A stretch of DNA of 55,412 bases from Vulcanimicrobiota bacterium (GTDB lineage Bacteria > Vulcanimicrobiota > Xenobia > Xenobiales > JADMJV01). Positions 37,104-46,700 of this stretch are shown here, in pieces. Below the pieces are notes generated by a model. It had not been told where the DNA came from. It saw nothing but the letters and a program-made list of their open reading frames with translations, and did no database searches. How positions within the stretch are numbered: position 1 is the stretch's first letter; every line of letters begins with the position of its first letter. The stretch spans positions 1 through 55,412 of the forward strand of contig JBFWNU010000006.1 of assembly GCA_050250895.1 (NCBI GenBank), given 5' to 3'. The position numbers and the translations under genes are program-made.

Positions 37104-37820
37104 ATGAGAATGCGCCTACTGCTAGTGGGCCTGACCGTGCTGGCTGCTTTCTTGGTACCAAGCGGCCGGGTCCAGGCCCAGGGAGGGCTACAGGGGTTTT
37201 TCGCCGGCACCTCCGCCGACGGCGGCATCTTTCTGGCCCAGAGTCACCAGGATCTCTCCGGCTCCATGCTGATCAAAATGGCCGGGGTCACCATCCCCGG
37301 GCGAGCCCTATCCTCTTTCAACAAGTATTGCTCTTCGGTGCTCGGTGGTCACCTCCTGATGATCAAGGTCTATGAGCGTCAGAACGACGTCAAGTTCATG
37401 CCCAGCTATACCGGTGTCATCACCATCATCACCGGTGGCAAGCAAGTCAACTTCAATAAACAGGCCCTGGTGGATGGTTACGGTATGCTTCGCCGCCAGG
37501 ACGCCCGCTTTTCGACCTGGGAGAAATACGAGAGCAAAGGTCGCGAGCGCAAGGTAGGCATTTGGGCCGTCGGAGCGCCACACTGGCCGGTTCCCAAGAT
37601 CCCCCACGCCGCCCCCGAATCCACCGCCCAGGGCACCGACCGCGATCGCATCATCGCCCAGCACGGACTGCCGGACCACACCAACCGCACCACCATTCCC
37701 GACAACTACAGCATCATCTCCTACCATCTCTACATCACCGATTTCTATCTGCGCGAGGGACTGGTGTTCATCTATCGCGACGGAAAACTGGTCAACAAAC
37801 AGCCCTATGTCGAACGTTAA
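37104..37820 (+). CDS. Exported protein with a degenerate thermonuclease (SNase)-like domain
   Basis: Signal peptide; VNFNKQALVDGYG...E..GRERKVGIW resembles the SNase C-terminal helices. Confidence 0.65.
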   Translation: MRMRLLLVGLTVLAAFLVPSGRVQAQGGLQGFFAGTSADGGIFLAQSHQDLSGSMLIKMAGVTIPGRALSSFNKYCSSVLGGHLLMIKVYERQNDVKFMPSYTGVITIITGGKQVNFNKQALVDGYGMLRRQDARFSTWEKYESKGRERKVGIWAVGAPHWPVPKIPHAAPESTAQGTDRDRIIAQHGLPDHTNRTTIPDNYSIISYHLYITDFYLREGLVFIYRDGKLVNKQPYVER

Positions 37821-39168
37821 GCTCCTGATTCTTTGTTTGCTTTTGCTGGCGGCCCCGGCCCTTGCCCAGCCCCAGCCGGCCACCGACGACCAGGATCTGG
37901 TCATCGAAGAGGTCTTTGAGTCCCTGGGCGAGGCGGTCGACCCTGGCGAGCAGTACCAGCATGTTTTGACCTTCTGGTGCTCGCCCTATCCCCTCGAGCA
38001 GGGCTGGGCGGTTCAAGTGACGCGCCGCTGGAACCACCTGCATCCCGATCAGGCTGTGCGTCTGGTGGGCATCCCTCCCGATCGCCTGGCCGAGGATGTG
38101 CTGCGCGAGGCCATCAAGAAAGGCGAGACGCCCGACCTGAGCAATCACCTGTTTCCTTCGAACGTAGCCGAGTTTGCTCCCGCCCTGCGTCGACTCGACG
38201 ACTTTCCCAAGCTCATGTCCCACCTGGCGGACCGCTCGGGGCAGGGCGCCGCGGCCCCCTTCCGCTCGCCCGATGGGGGACTCTATCAACTGCCATGGAA
38301 GGGCAACCCCATCCTGCTCCAATACAACACGGCGATGTTCCGGCGCTATGGAGTCGAGCCCCCGCGCACCTACAGCGATCTGCTCAAGGCGGCCAGGGAA
38401 CTGCAGGCGCGCGAGCAGGTCTTCATGCTGGCTCCGGACCCGGCCGACAAGTTCTGGCGGCGGTATTACGATTTCTATCCGCTCTTCCTGGCGGCCTCGG
38501 GGGGACAGAGCCTGCTCAAAGCCGACGGCAGCGCCAACTTCGACAATGCGGCCGGGGTGGCCGTGATGACGTTTCTCAAGGAGCTCTACGCCAGTGGTGC
38601 CGCTCCGCGCCAGGAACTTTATCCTGATGCTTCCGACGAACTAGTCGCCTTCACCTCGGACAAACTGGCCACCCTGTTGACCGGTCCCTGGAACATCGAG
38701 TTGACCCGCGATATCGGAGGCGAGGCCGAGCAGTTCGACTTCGGACCGGTTCCCGTGCCCGATGACTACCCCGTTGATCAGCCCGTCTATAGCTACGGCA
38801 ACTTTCGCAACTTCGGCATCTTCAAGAGCTGCCAGAATCCCGAATTGGCGGCCGAGTTCATTCTGTTTGCCACCAGCCACGAGAGCGATCTCGACCTGCT
38901 GCGCACCACCCACGAGTTGCCCTTTCGCCAGGGCCTCGAGTCGGATCCCCAGTTCGTCACGGCTCTGCAGCTCGAGCCGGCCCACCTGTCGAAGTTCGCC
39001 TTGCAGGCCCGCTGGCTCAAGCCGGTCGACAACGTGCCCTACTTCAACGAAGTGCTGAAGGCGCTTTCGAAGGAAGTGGTGGCCTGCGCCGTCGAGGGCA
39101 AGAAGACGCCCGAACAGGCCATTCACGACGCTGCCCTGGCCACCAACGGCTTGTCTTCAAAGCGCTAG
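37807..39168 (+). CDS. Extracellular solute-binding protein (sugar-binding family 1-like)
   Basis: Signal peptide, TPDL, DGGLYQLPW, YN..MF, TGPW, KKTPEQA. Confidence 0.88.
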   Translation: MSNVKLLILCLLLLAAPALAQPQPATDDQDLVIEEVFESLGEAVDPGEQYQHVLTFWCSPYPLEQGWAVQVTRRWNHLHPDQAVRLVGIPPDRLAEDVLREAIKKGETPDLSNHLFPSNVAEFAPALRRLDDFPKLMSHLADRSGQGAAAPFRSPDGGLYQLPWKGNPILLQYNTAMFRRYGVEPPRTYSDLLKAARELQAREQVFMLAPDPADKFWRRYYDFYPLFLAASGGQSLLKADGSANFDNAAGVAVMTFLKELYASGAAPRQELYPDASDELVAFTSDKLATLLTGPWNIELTRDIGGEAEQFDFGPVPVPDDYPVDQPVYSYGNFRNFGIFKSCQNPELAAEFILFATSHESDLDLLRTTHELPFRQGLESDPQFVTALQLEPAHLSKFALQARWLKPVDNVPYFNEVLKALSKEVVACAVEGKKTPEQAIHDAALATNGLSSKR

Positions 39169-39207
39169 ACCGAGGTCGGCTCAGCTTCGAGAGCGAATAG
39201 TTTCGCT

Positions 39208-39738
39208 ATGAAGACTCTCTACACGGGTGAGGATTTTGCTCGACTGCCCCTCGAGGGTCCGTACGAACTGGTGAGAGGAGAGCTCAGAGCCTTGACGCCT
39301 CCAGGTTTCGAGCACGGCGAGATCGCCAGCAATGTGGCCTTCGTGCTGAAGTCCTTCACCCGCCGGGTGGGTTGGGGCAGGGTCACCGTCGAGTCGGGTT
39401 TCTACACCCGTCGGGCGCCGGATTCAGTGCGCGGTCCGGATGTTGCGCTCTGGGCCGACCGCGAGGGGAGTCCCACCGGATTTAGCTTGACGCCACCGCT
39501 GGTGGCGGTTGAGGTCGTTTCGCCCAAGGACGCTTCGGAAGAAGTCGAGGAGAAGGTTCAAGAGTATCTGGCCGCAGGGGTTTTGCGGGTGTGGATACTT
39601 TATCCTCGCACCCAGACGATGCACGTCTACGCTCCCGAGGGTGTCTGCCAGGTCTACGGGATCGATTCTGCCGTCGAGGTCGATCCGTTGCTGCCGGGGT
39701 TTGCCTGCCAGCTGGGTGAGTTCTTCGGCCAGCTGTAG
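39208..39738 (+). CDS. Uma2 family endonuclease-fold protein
   Basis: ELVRG, P..EHG, RGPDVA, P.VAVEVVSP, K..EYL.AGV..VW. Confidence 0.92.
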   Translation: MKTLYTGEDFARLPLEGPYELVRGELRALTPPGFEHGEIASNVAFVLKSFTRRVGWGRVTVESGFYTRRAPDSVRGPDVALWADREGSPTGFSLTPPLVAVEVVSPKDASEEVEEKVQEYLAAGVLRVWILYPRTQTMHVYAPEGVCQVYGIDSAVEVDPLLPGFACQLGEFFGQL

Positions 39739-39772
39739 CGGGCTTTCGCAGGTCTGGCGCGAAGTCTGGACG

Positions 39773-40498
39773 ATGTCGATTCGAATCACCCTGCTGGCCC
39801 TTTTGCTGACCTGTGTGGCCCTGGCCGAGCCTACCCCCAAAGAGCTGCTGGAAGCCGTCTTGAAGGACCCGGGCGGCTATAGTCAGATGTGCGCCATGCC
39901 CGAACCCAAGCCGCGCACCGAATTGCCCCTGTTTGGCTATCAGCGCGACTGGCGCGATAGCTGGATCACGGTCGAGAACTTCAAGAAGCTGCGGGCCCAG
40001 CGGGCCGGCGTAGTCAAAGCCGTGGCGCGCCGGCTCGAGAATGCCCTGCCGGGGGCTGTCAAGAAGGCCCAGAGCGAAGCCGCTCGCCTCAAGGCCGGCA
40101 AAGGCCAGACCAGCACCGAGCCCAACCTCGAGCTGGAATACATGATCCTGCTCGACCTCAACGGCGTGGAAGCCCTGCCGGCCTTGCTCCACCTCGAGCG
40201 AAAGCTCGACGAGGCCGCCATCTACCGATTGCCGGCCGCCAAGCTCGCCGCCCCCGACAACCCTCCCGAGTTCTACGGCCCCGGCGGTTACCTCGACCAC
40301 GTTCAGGTGCTCTCGGTCATCTCGGCCCTCTTGCGCAATGAGCAGGCCGCCGGCATCGACTCGCTCAAAGCACCGGCCCGCTACGATCAAAAGCATCGCG
40401 ATCGCATCGTGACTTTGGCCAACCAGTTTCTCAAGAACACCAAGCCCCAGAACTATCGGGCCGGCAAAGCCATGGCCAAAGAGCCGGTCACGCGATGA
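39773..40498 (+). CDS. Hypothetical exported protein
   Basis: In-frame ATG at 39773 followed by a signal peptide (MSIRITLLALLLTCVALA). Confidence 0.75.
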   Translation: MSIRITLLALLLTCVALAEPTPKELLEAVLKDPGGYSQMCAMPEPKPRTELPLFGYQRDWRDSWITVENFKKLRAQRAGVVKAVARRLENALPGAVKKAQSEAARLKAGKGQTSTEPNLELEYMILLDLNGVEALPALLHLERKLDEAAIYRLPAAKLAAPDNPPEFYGPGGYLDHVQVLSVISALLRNEQAAGIDSLKAPARYDQKHRDRIVTLANQFLKNTKPQNYRAGKAMAKEPVTR

Positions 40499-41334
40499 TT
40501 CGCCTGTTGGTGTTGGTGGCGCTGCTGGGCGGCCCTCTTGACGGCGTCGAGTTCGTGCCGGTGGCGGCTGGCAGCTACATCGTTGGGGTGCCGGGGCATC
40601 CCCGCAATCCCCGGCGTACGGTCCGACTCGAGGCCTTCGAGGTCGCTACCACCGAGGTCACCAACGCCCAATTCGGGCGCTTTGTCGAGGCCACCGGCTA
40701 CCTGCCCGACGCCAATCGCAACGGCTATGGCATGACCTTTCAGGAGGGAATGAAAGACTGGCATTGGGACTCGACCCGCGGGGCCGACTGGAGGCACCCG
40801 TTCGGTCCCGACCAGCCCGGTATCGAGGACAAGCCCGACCACCCCGTCACCCAGATCTCGTTCCAGGATGCCCAGGCTTACTGCGCCTGGGCGGGGGTCC
40901 GCCTGCCCACGGTCGAGGAGTGGGAAGTCGCCGCCCGAGCCGGCAGCCTCACCCGCTGGCCCTGGGGCGACGAGTTTTCACCGGCTCAGGCCAACACCTG
41001 GCAGGGCCAGTCTCACGCTCATAACACCCTGGAAGACGGTTTTCTTTATACCTCACCGGTGAAGAGCTTTGCGCCCAATGCCTGGGGACTCTACGACGTG
41101 ATCGGCAATGTCTTCGAATATTGCGTTGATGAGCGTCTGCGCGACCCTAACGGCACTCTGCCAGCGGCCGGCCGGGGAGGGTCCTGGTGGTGCTCGCAAG
41201 GCACCTGTGACTTCTTCAACCTGGTCGACATCGGCCGCATGCACCCGCGCGGCACGCTCTGCAACCAGGGCTTTCGCGTGGTCCGCTCTATAGACCCGGA
41301 CAGCCCCCACGAAACAGATAGTCGGCCCGATTGA
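40495..41334 (+). CDS. Formylglycine-generating enzyme (SUMF1/FGE-sulfatase) family protein
   Basis: TEVTNAQF, HPV, RLPT.EEWE.AAR, N.WGLYD..GNV.E, RGGSWWC....C, GFR. Confidence 0.93.
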   Translation: MIRLLVLVALLGGPLDGVEFVPVAAGSYIVGVPGHPRNPRRTVRLEAFEVATTEVTNAQFGRFVEATGYLPDANRNGYGMTFQEGMKDWHWDSTRGADWRHPFGPDQPGIEDKPDHPVTQISFQDAQAYCAWAGVRLPTVEEWEVAARAGSLTRWPWGDEFSPAQANTWQGQSHAHNTLEDGFLYTSPVKSFAPNAWGLYDVIGNVFEYCVDERLRDPNGTLPAAGRGGSWWCSQGTCDFFNLVDIGRMHPRGTLCNQGFRVVRSIDPDSPHETDSRPD

Positions 41335-41734
41335 CCACGTAGCCGTGGGCCAGGCGACGGACCGAGTCGAGTACGGCCGGGGCGCGCTTGCCGAAGCGAG
41401 AGGCGCCCGCCCACTTTTCGGGACAGCCGGCCATCTCGGCGGCCCAGCGCGCGATGACGTCGGCTTGAACCATCCACTCCAGCTCGCGGCGGGCGGAGGC
41501 GCTGGCTTTGGCAAAGTCAGGGTCGGCTTTCAAAGCACGGTAAACAGCACCAATGCGTGAGCCGATCTCGCGTTTGTCAACCTCCTCCAGGCAGGCGAAC
41601 GTCTGGTTGAGCAGGTTCCAGCTGTGATCAGCGCGCTTTTGCCCGCGCACGAGCATGCGGTTGACGGGAGGGCTGCTGAGTTGGCGCCCTTTGGTTGCGA
41701 ACGTGGTCGATTGGGTGAAATTGATGGTCTGCAT
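41288..41734 (-). CDS. Hypothetical protein (148 aa)
   Basis: ATG at 41734 with AGGAG RBS and an ECF-like promoter upstream. Confidence 0.7.
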   Translation of the reverse strand: MQTINFTQSTTFATKGRQLSSPPVNRMLVRGQKRADHSWNLLNQTFACLEEVDKREIGSRIGAVYRALKADPDFAKASASARRELEWMVQADVIARWAAEMAGCPEKWAGASRFGKRAPAVLDSVRRLAHGYVVNRADYLFRGGCPGL

Positions 41735-41767
41735 CGGACTCTCTCCTGGCTCTGAGTTGATCAGAGC

Positions 41768-41795
41768 ATAGAGGGGGACCATCAAAAAAAGTTCC
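41768..41795 (-). promoter_or_regulatory. ECF (RpoE/AlgU-like) sigma promoter
   Basis: GGAACTT-N16-TCTAT on the minus strand. Confidence 0.55.
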
Positions 41796-41837
41796 TTGTT
41801 CAGGCGGAGCAGTTTGCCAAATTGTAAACAGTCGGCT

Positions 41838-43370
41838 CTAGGGTCTGGCCACCGCCCTGGCCTGGGCGAAGATGGCTCGGGGCCCAGAACCCTCCATCCT
41901 GGCCCGTCCATTGGCGGCCAGGTGCTGGAGGATATGGAAGATGGTCTCGGTCTGGTCGACCCGGCCCATCCGGTCGGCCAGATCGCTGGCCGTCATGGCC
42001 TCACCCAGGCTGGTCTCGACGGCCTTCTGCAGTTCGAGCACGTCGGCCGCGGCCTTCTTGCCGGCCTCGACCCCGGGCTGGTGGTAGGCGTTGATGTCGA
42101 CCAGTTCAGCGTACAGCCCCACGGCCCGCTCGTAGAGGGCGATCAATCCCCCGACCGTGAAGGCGTCGACCCGGGGCACGGTGAGCGTGATCGAGCTGCG
42201 TCCGTTCTCGGAGAGGGCCTGGCGGGTGCCCTGCCAGAACCCCGAAAGGTAGTCGCCCGAGGTCACTCCCTCGGCCACCTCGACCGGGCGGCCGCCGTCT
42301 TCGAGCACCACGATGAAGGTGGCAAAGAAGTTGTTGAGGCCGTCCCGTAGCTGTTGCACATAGGCGTGCTGGTCGGTGCTGCCTTTGTTGCCATAGACGG
42401 CGATGCCCTGATGGACCTCCTTGCCTCGGCGGTCGAGCGCCTTGCCCAGCGACTCCATCACCAGTTGCTGCAGGTAGCGGCTAAACAGCTCGAGACTATC
42501 TTTGTAAGGCAAGATCACCATGTCCTTGGCGCCTTTACCATTGCCGGCGGCGTGCCAGGCGGCCGCCAGCAAAGCGGCCGGATTCTCACGCCAACTCTGG
42601 CGGCGGGTGAGATTGTCCATCACCCTGGCCCCCTCCAGCAGGGCGTCGCAGTCGACCCCGGCCAGCCCACAGGGAACCAGTCCCACGGCCGACATCACCG
42701 AAGTGCGTCCCCCTACCCAATCCCACATGGGAAAGCGGGCCAACCAGCCTTCGGCCTCGGCCATTTGGTCGAGCTTGCTGCCCAGACCGGTCACGGCCAC
42801 GGCTTGCTTGGCGAAGCTGAGTCCGGCGGCCTCGACGGTTTTACGGGCTACCAGCATGCCGTTGAAGGTCTCGGGTGTGCCGCCCGACTTAGAGATGACC
42901 ACCACCAGGGTTTTGGCCAGGTCCAGCCCCTTGAGGGTGCGCTCGAAGCCGGCCGGATCGGTGTTGTCGAAAAAGTGCAAGTCGAGACCCTGTCCGGTCA
43001 ACGCCTGGTAGATGAACTGGGGACCCAGGGCCGAGCCGCCGATGCCGATGGAGAGCACGTGTCGAAACTGGCCCCCGCTCTTGATTCTGGCCACGAAGGT
43101 CTTGATGTTGGCCGCCGTCTCGCGGATCTCGGCCGTGAGTTCGGGCTCGGGAGCCAGCTCAGGGAAGCGCAACCAGTAGTGCCCGACCATCCGCTGCTCG
43201 TCCGGATTGGCCACGGCCCCGGCTTCAAGCGCCTCCATCGCCGCCAGCGCGCCGGCCATCGGCTCATCGAACCGGGTTAAGTCGGCGAGATCGCTGCGCG
43301 AGAGGTCGAGGGTCAATCCCGCTTCGGGATAGGCGAAGTAGAAGTCTTGAAAACGTTGCCAGGTGGTCAT
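41838..43370 (-). CDS. pgi: Glucose-6-phosphate isomerase
   Basis: [52 protein letters not shown]. Confidence 0.97.
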   Translation of the reverse strand: MTTWQRFQDFYFAYPEAGLTLDLSRSDLADLTRFDEPMAGALAAMEALEAGAVANPDEQRMVGHYWLRFPELAPEPELTAEIRETAANIKTFVARIKSGGQFRHVLSIGIGGSALGPQFIYQALTGQGLDLHFFDNTDPAGFERTLKGLDLAKTLVVVISKSGGTPETFNGMLVARKTVEAAGLSFAKQAVAVTGLGSKLDQMAEAEGWLARFPMWDWVGGRTSVMSAVGLVPCGLAGVDCDALLEGARVMDNLTRRQSWRENPAALLAAAWHAAGNGKGAKDMVILPYKDSLELFSRYLQQLVMESLGKALDRRGKEVHQGIAVYGNKGSTDQHAYVQQLRDGLNNFFATFIVVLEDGGRPVEVAEGVTSGDYLSGFWQGTRQALSENGRSSITLTVPRVDAFTVGGLIALYERAVGLYAELVDINAYHQPGVEAGKKAAADVLELQKAVETSLGEAMTASDLADRMGRVDQTETIFHILQHLAANGRARMEGSGPRAIFAQARAVARP

Positions 43371-43421
43371 GGGGCTGGCTTTCGTGTCCCCTCGGCCGTT
43401 CGCCTCCAGGGCGCGCTCGGC

Positions 43422-43776
43422 AGAAGGGAGCCGCTGCGCGGAGAAAGGAGCAGTGGCTGCGCCACTGAGACGGGAGCGCTAACTTCGCTTGCGCTCGTTA
43501 GCGGGAGAGGGGCGAGGTTCGCTTTGGCTCACCTCGAGATTTTAAGGTACACGACGCTCCGCGTCGTAACACGGGCGCGGCAAGCCGCGAAGTCCGACCC
43601 CCCGGGCCGAAGGCCTCGAAGGTTTGCGGCCGCAGGCCGCCTATCCATCCCTCGAAGCGAGCGACAGCGAGTTTCGCTCCCCCCTCGGAGCTCTGCTCCG
43701 CTCCCCTCTCCGGCCAAAGGCCGGCTCCTTTCTCGGCCACATCGTGGCCGCTTCGCTCTCGCGAGCGTAGCGAGCG
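43422..43776 (-). repeat. Hairpin-chain element, inverted copy
   Basis: Reverse complement of 48279..48638 and of ~49281..49640. Confidence 0.92.
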
Positions 43777-43777
43777 C

Positions 43778-46700
43778 CTACTGCCGGATGTCGAGCTGGA
43801 AGTCGTTGATGGTGACGGTTTGCTCGTCCATTTCGAGGCTGCCGCCGGCCTGGCGGCTAGCCAGGAAGTTGTTCCAGGCCGTCTCGACGTTGGGAGAGAG
43901 GACATACTCGTGGGCCAGTTGGGTGACGGCCTTGCCCAGGTCGGGCAGGTTTAGGTTGTAGAGTCGGCCGAGCAATACCAGGCCGTCTCCGTTGGGAATT
44001 CCGCTCAGGGTCTTGAGGCCTTTGAGCAAGTCGGGATTGGGATCTTTGGCGATGCGCGCCACCGATTCGGCGGCCGTCTTGCCACCGTCATCGCGATAGA
44101 CCGTGCCGTCTGAGTCTTTCACCTCGAGAGCCTTGAGCCAGAATCCGTCTTTCTCGTTGCTGCCGTCACTGGTGAAGTGAAAGCGCAGGCGGACCTGGCC
44201 GACTTGCTCGGGCAGGTTGAGGGTGGTCGGCCCGCTGCTGGTGCCGGTGAACTCTTGGAGATTGTTCCAGGTCTGACCGTCGCTCGACCAGGCCAGGGCC
44301 ACCTTGTCATACCCCTGCTCGAGATCATAGTCGAGGTCGAGGCTCACGGTGGCGGCTTTGCCCCGCAGCCCGAAGGGCGGGGTGATCAAGCTCTTGGATT
44401 GGTTGGACTGATAAGGACCATAGGGGCTCTCGCTCCAACCGTGGCTGGTGCGGGTCCAGCCGTCGCTGTGCCAGCCCGCTTCCGGGGCTGACTTCAAGAG
44501 GGCCAGGATAGCCTCGGCGGTGGCTGGTTCGATGCTCATTTCGCCGGGCTCGGCCACGCCCAGGGCCTTGAGTTCTTCCGCCACCAGACGACCTGACAGG
44601 CGGGCTCCCACACCGGGGCCGGGAGCGAGTCCATCGGCGACGGCCCGGGCCCGGGCCGCACCGAAGTTGGTGGCCGTCAGCATGACCGTGCGAGCGAAGT
44701 CGCCAAAGTCGGGATGCTCGCGGTGAGGGTGCAGCACCGAGAAGACCTGCATGGCGGCATGGACGTTGCCTAGAGCCTGGGCGAGTTCATAGATGGCTTC
44801 GCACCCTTCCAGAGCCTGCTCCCGGTCGCCCGCAAACAGGGCTTTGATCGTATCGAGTTCGATTCGACGCTCTTCGGGAACGTCGGTCATCAGAGTTTGC
44901 TCACCGTCGCGCACCCGAAAATTGCGCATGGCGAATCCGTCCATGGCGTTGGAGGCGTCGGTGACTTCGCGCAAGCGCAACCGCAGGGGACCGCCTGCGA
45001 AGGGCTGGAGAGGAACCGAGACAGCGGTCCAGGCCTCGAGGGGGCCGGTGAATGCCTTCAGTTCGTGCCACTGGCCATCGCCCCGGCTGGCTTCTAGCAA
45101 CACCTTGTCATAGTTTTGCTCGAGCTGGTGGCGAGCCTCGAATTCGACCACCGGGGCCGCTGCCCCGGCCAGGTTCAGGGGATGCGTAGTCAGCGACTGA
45201 TTGGCGTTCAAAGCATAATCGCGACCGGGCAAACTGTCGAGCCAGACCGGGCCCCGGCGGCGCCATTCGCCTTCGGCGGTCCACAGGGACAAGCCCTGGG
45301 CGAGTTTGGTCAGGGCCGGTTCGTGGTCGAGTTGGAGACGGGTCAGATTGTCGGTCAACTCGACCAGATCGTCTAGCCGCGGGGCCTGAGAGGTGCCTTT
45401 GAGCAATTCCTGAGCGAGGTCCCAACTCCGCATGGCCCGCTCGACGTTTTGTTCGACATCTCCTTCGAGCACTCGGGTGGCCAGCCGTTGGGTGGGTTCG
45501 ACTCCCAGCTTTCCGATCATCGGCGCCAGGGCTTGGGTGGGTTGCGATTGCAGCGACGGCCAGAGCTTGAGGGCGGTCGCCGCACTGCCGATTGCCTCAG
45601 CCAGCCCAGCTAAAGCGGGCACCTGGGCCGGCGTTTGGCCGGCAAACTCGTGCAGCCCCTCGAGTGTCAGGCGACGGCCTTCGGCTCCCGCGTCGAATAG
45701 GACCTCCGGTTCGCGTTCGGGAGCGTAGTTGCGCCGGCCTTCGAGCTTGAGGTCCTTGAGAAAGAATCCCTCACCGTCGTTGGAGGCATCGGAGGTGAGG
45801 TGGAAGCGAATCCAGACCCGTCCGCCTTCAAAAGGAGTCAGGTCGTAGTGCTGGTCGCTCCAGCCGGAGTCTCCGGTGTAGCTGGCCAGGGTGGTAAACG
45901 TATGACCGTCGCTGGACGCCTGCAGGTCGACCTTGTCATAGCCCTTCTCGAGCTGATGGCGAGAGGTAAACGACAACCGGGTTCCGGCCGCGTGGGTGAG
46001 GTCGATGGGCTCGAGCGTAAGCGAGTCGTTGCGGTTCATTCCGTAACCGCCGTTGGGATTGGTGCACCATTGGCCGGGCTCGTTCTGGCCCCACACGCCG
46101 CCGCAATCAAACGGCGAGCGCACGGCCAGCTCGACCAACCGTCCGAAGCTCTGAGGTTCGACGCCCTGGGATTTCAGCTGGTCATACAGGCCAAGAGCGT
46201 GCTCTAGCCCGTTGCGACTTAGCTCGGAGGCGGCCGAGAAGAGAGCAATCTTGTCGGTCACCGCGCCCTCCTTTTCGAGCAAAGCCCGGGCCGGTCGCAT
46301 GCCCAGGGCAGACTCGAGTTGACGAGCCGCCTCCAGCTGGTCAGAACCTTCCAGGGCCAGCCCTACCAACAGCGCCGATTGCTGGGGCTGGTCGAGGCGG
46401 GCCAATCCTTCCAGGCGAGATTTTAGCAGCTCGCTCGGGGCATCGCCGTCGAGCAAATCGGCCAACACTCGGCCAGCCGTGTTCTCGGCTTCGAAAAGGT
46501 CCTCGGCCGGTCCGCCGTAGGCCGGGGTAGCCAGCAGTTTGACCTCGCTCAAGCGGCTCGCCGGGCCGTCGTTGCTGGCGTCTGAGGTCAGTCGAAAGCG
46601 TACTTCGGCGGCCTGGCCGTCGAAGGCACTCAGAGAATACTCGTGTTTTCCGCTGGTGGTTCCGGTGAAAGCCTCCAACGGCTGCCACGCGCCGGCCGGC

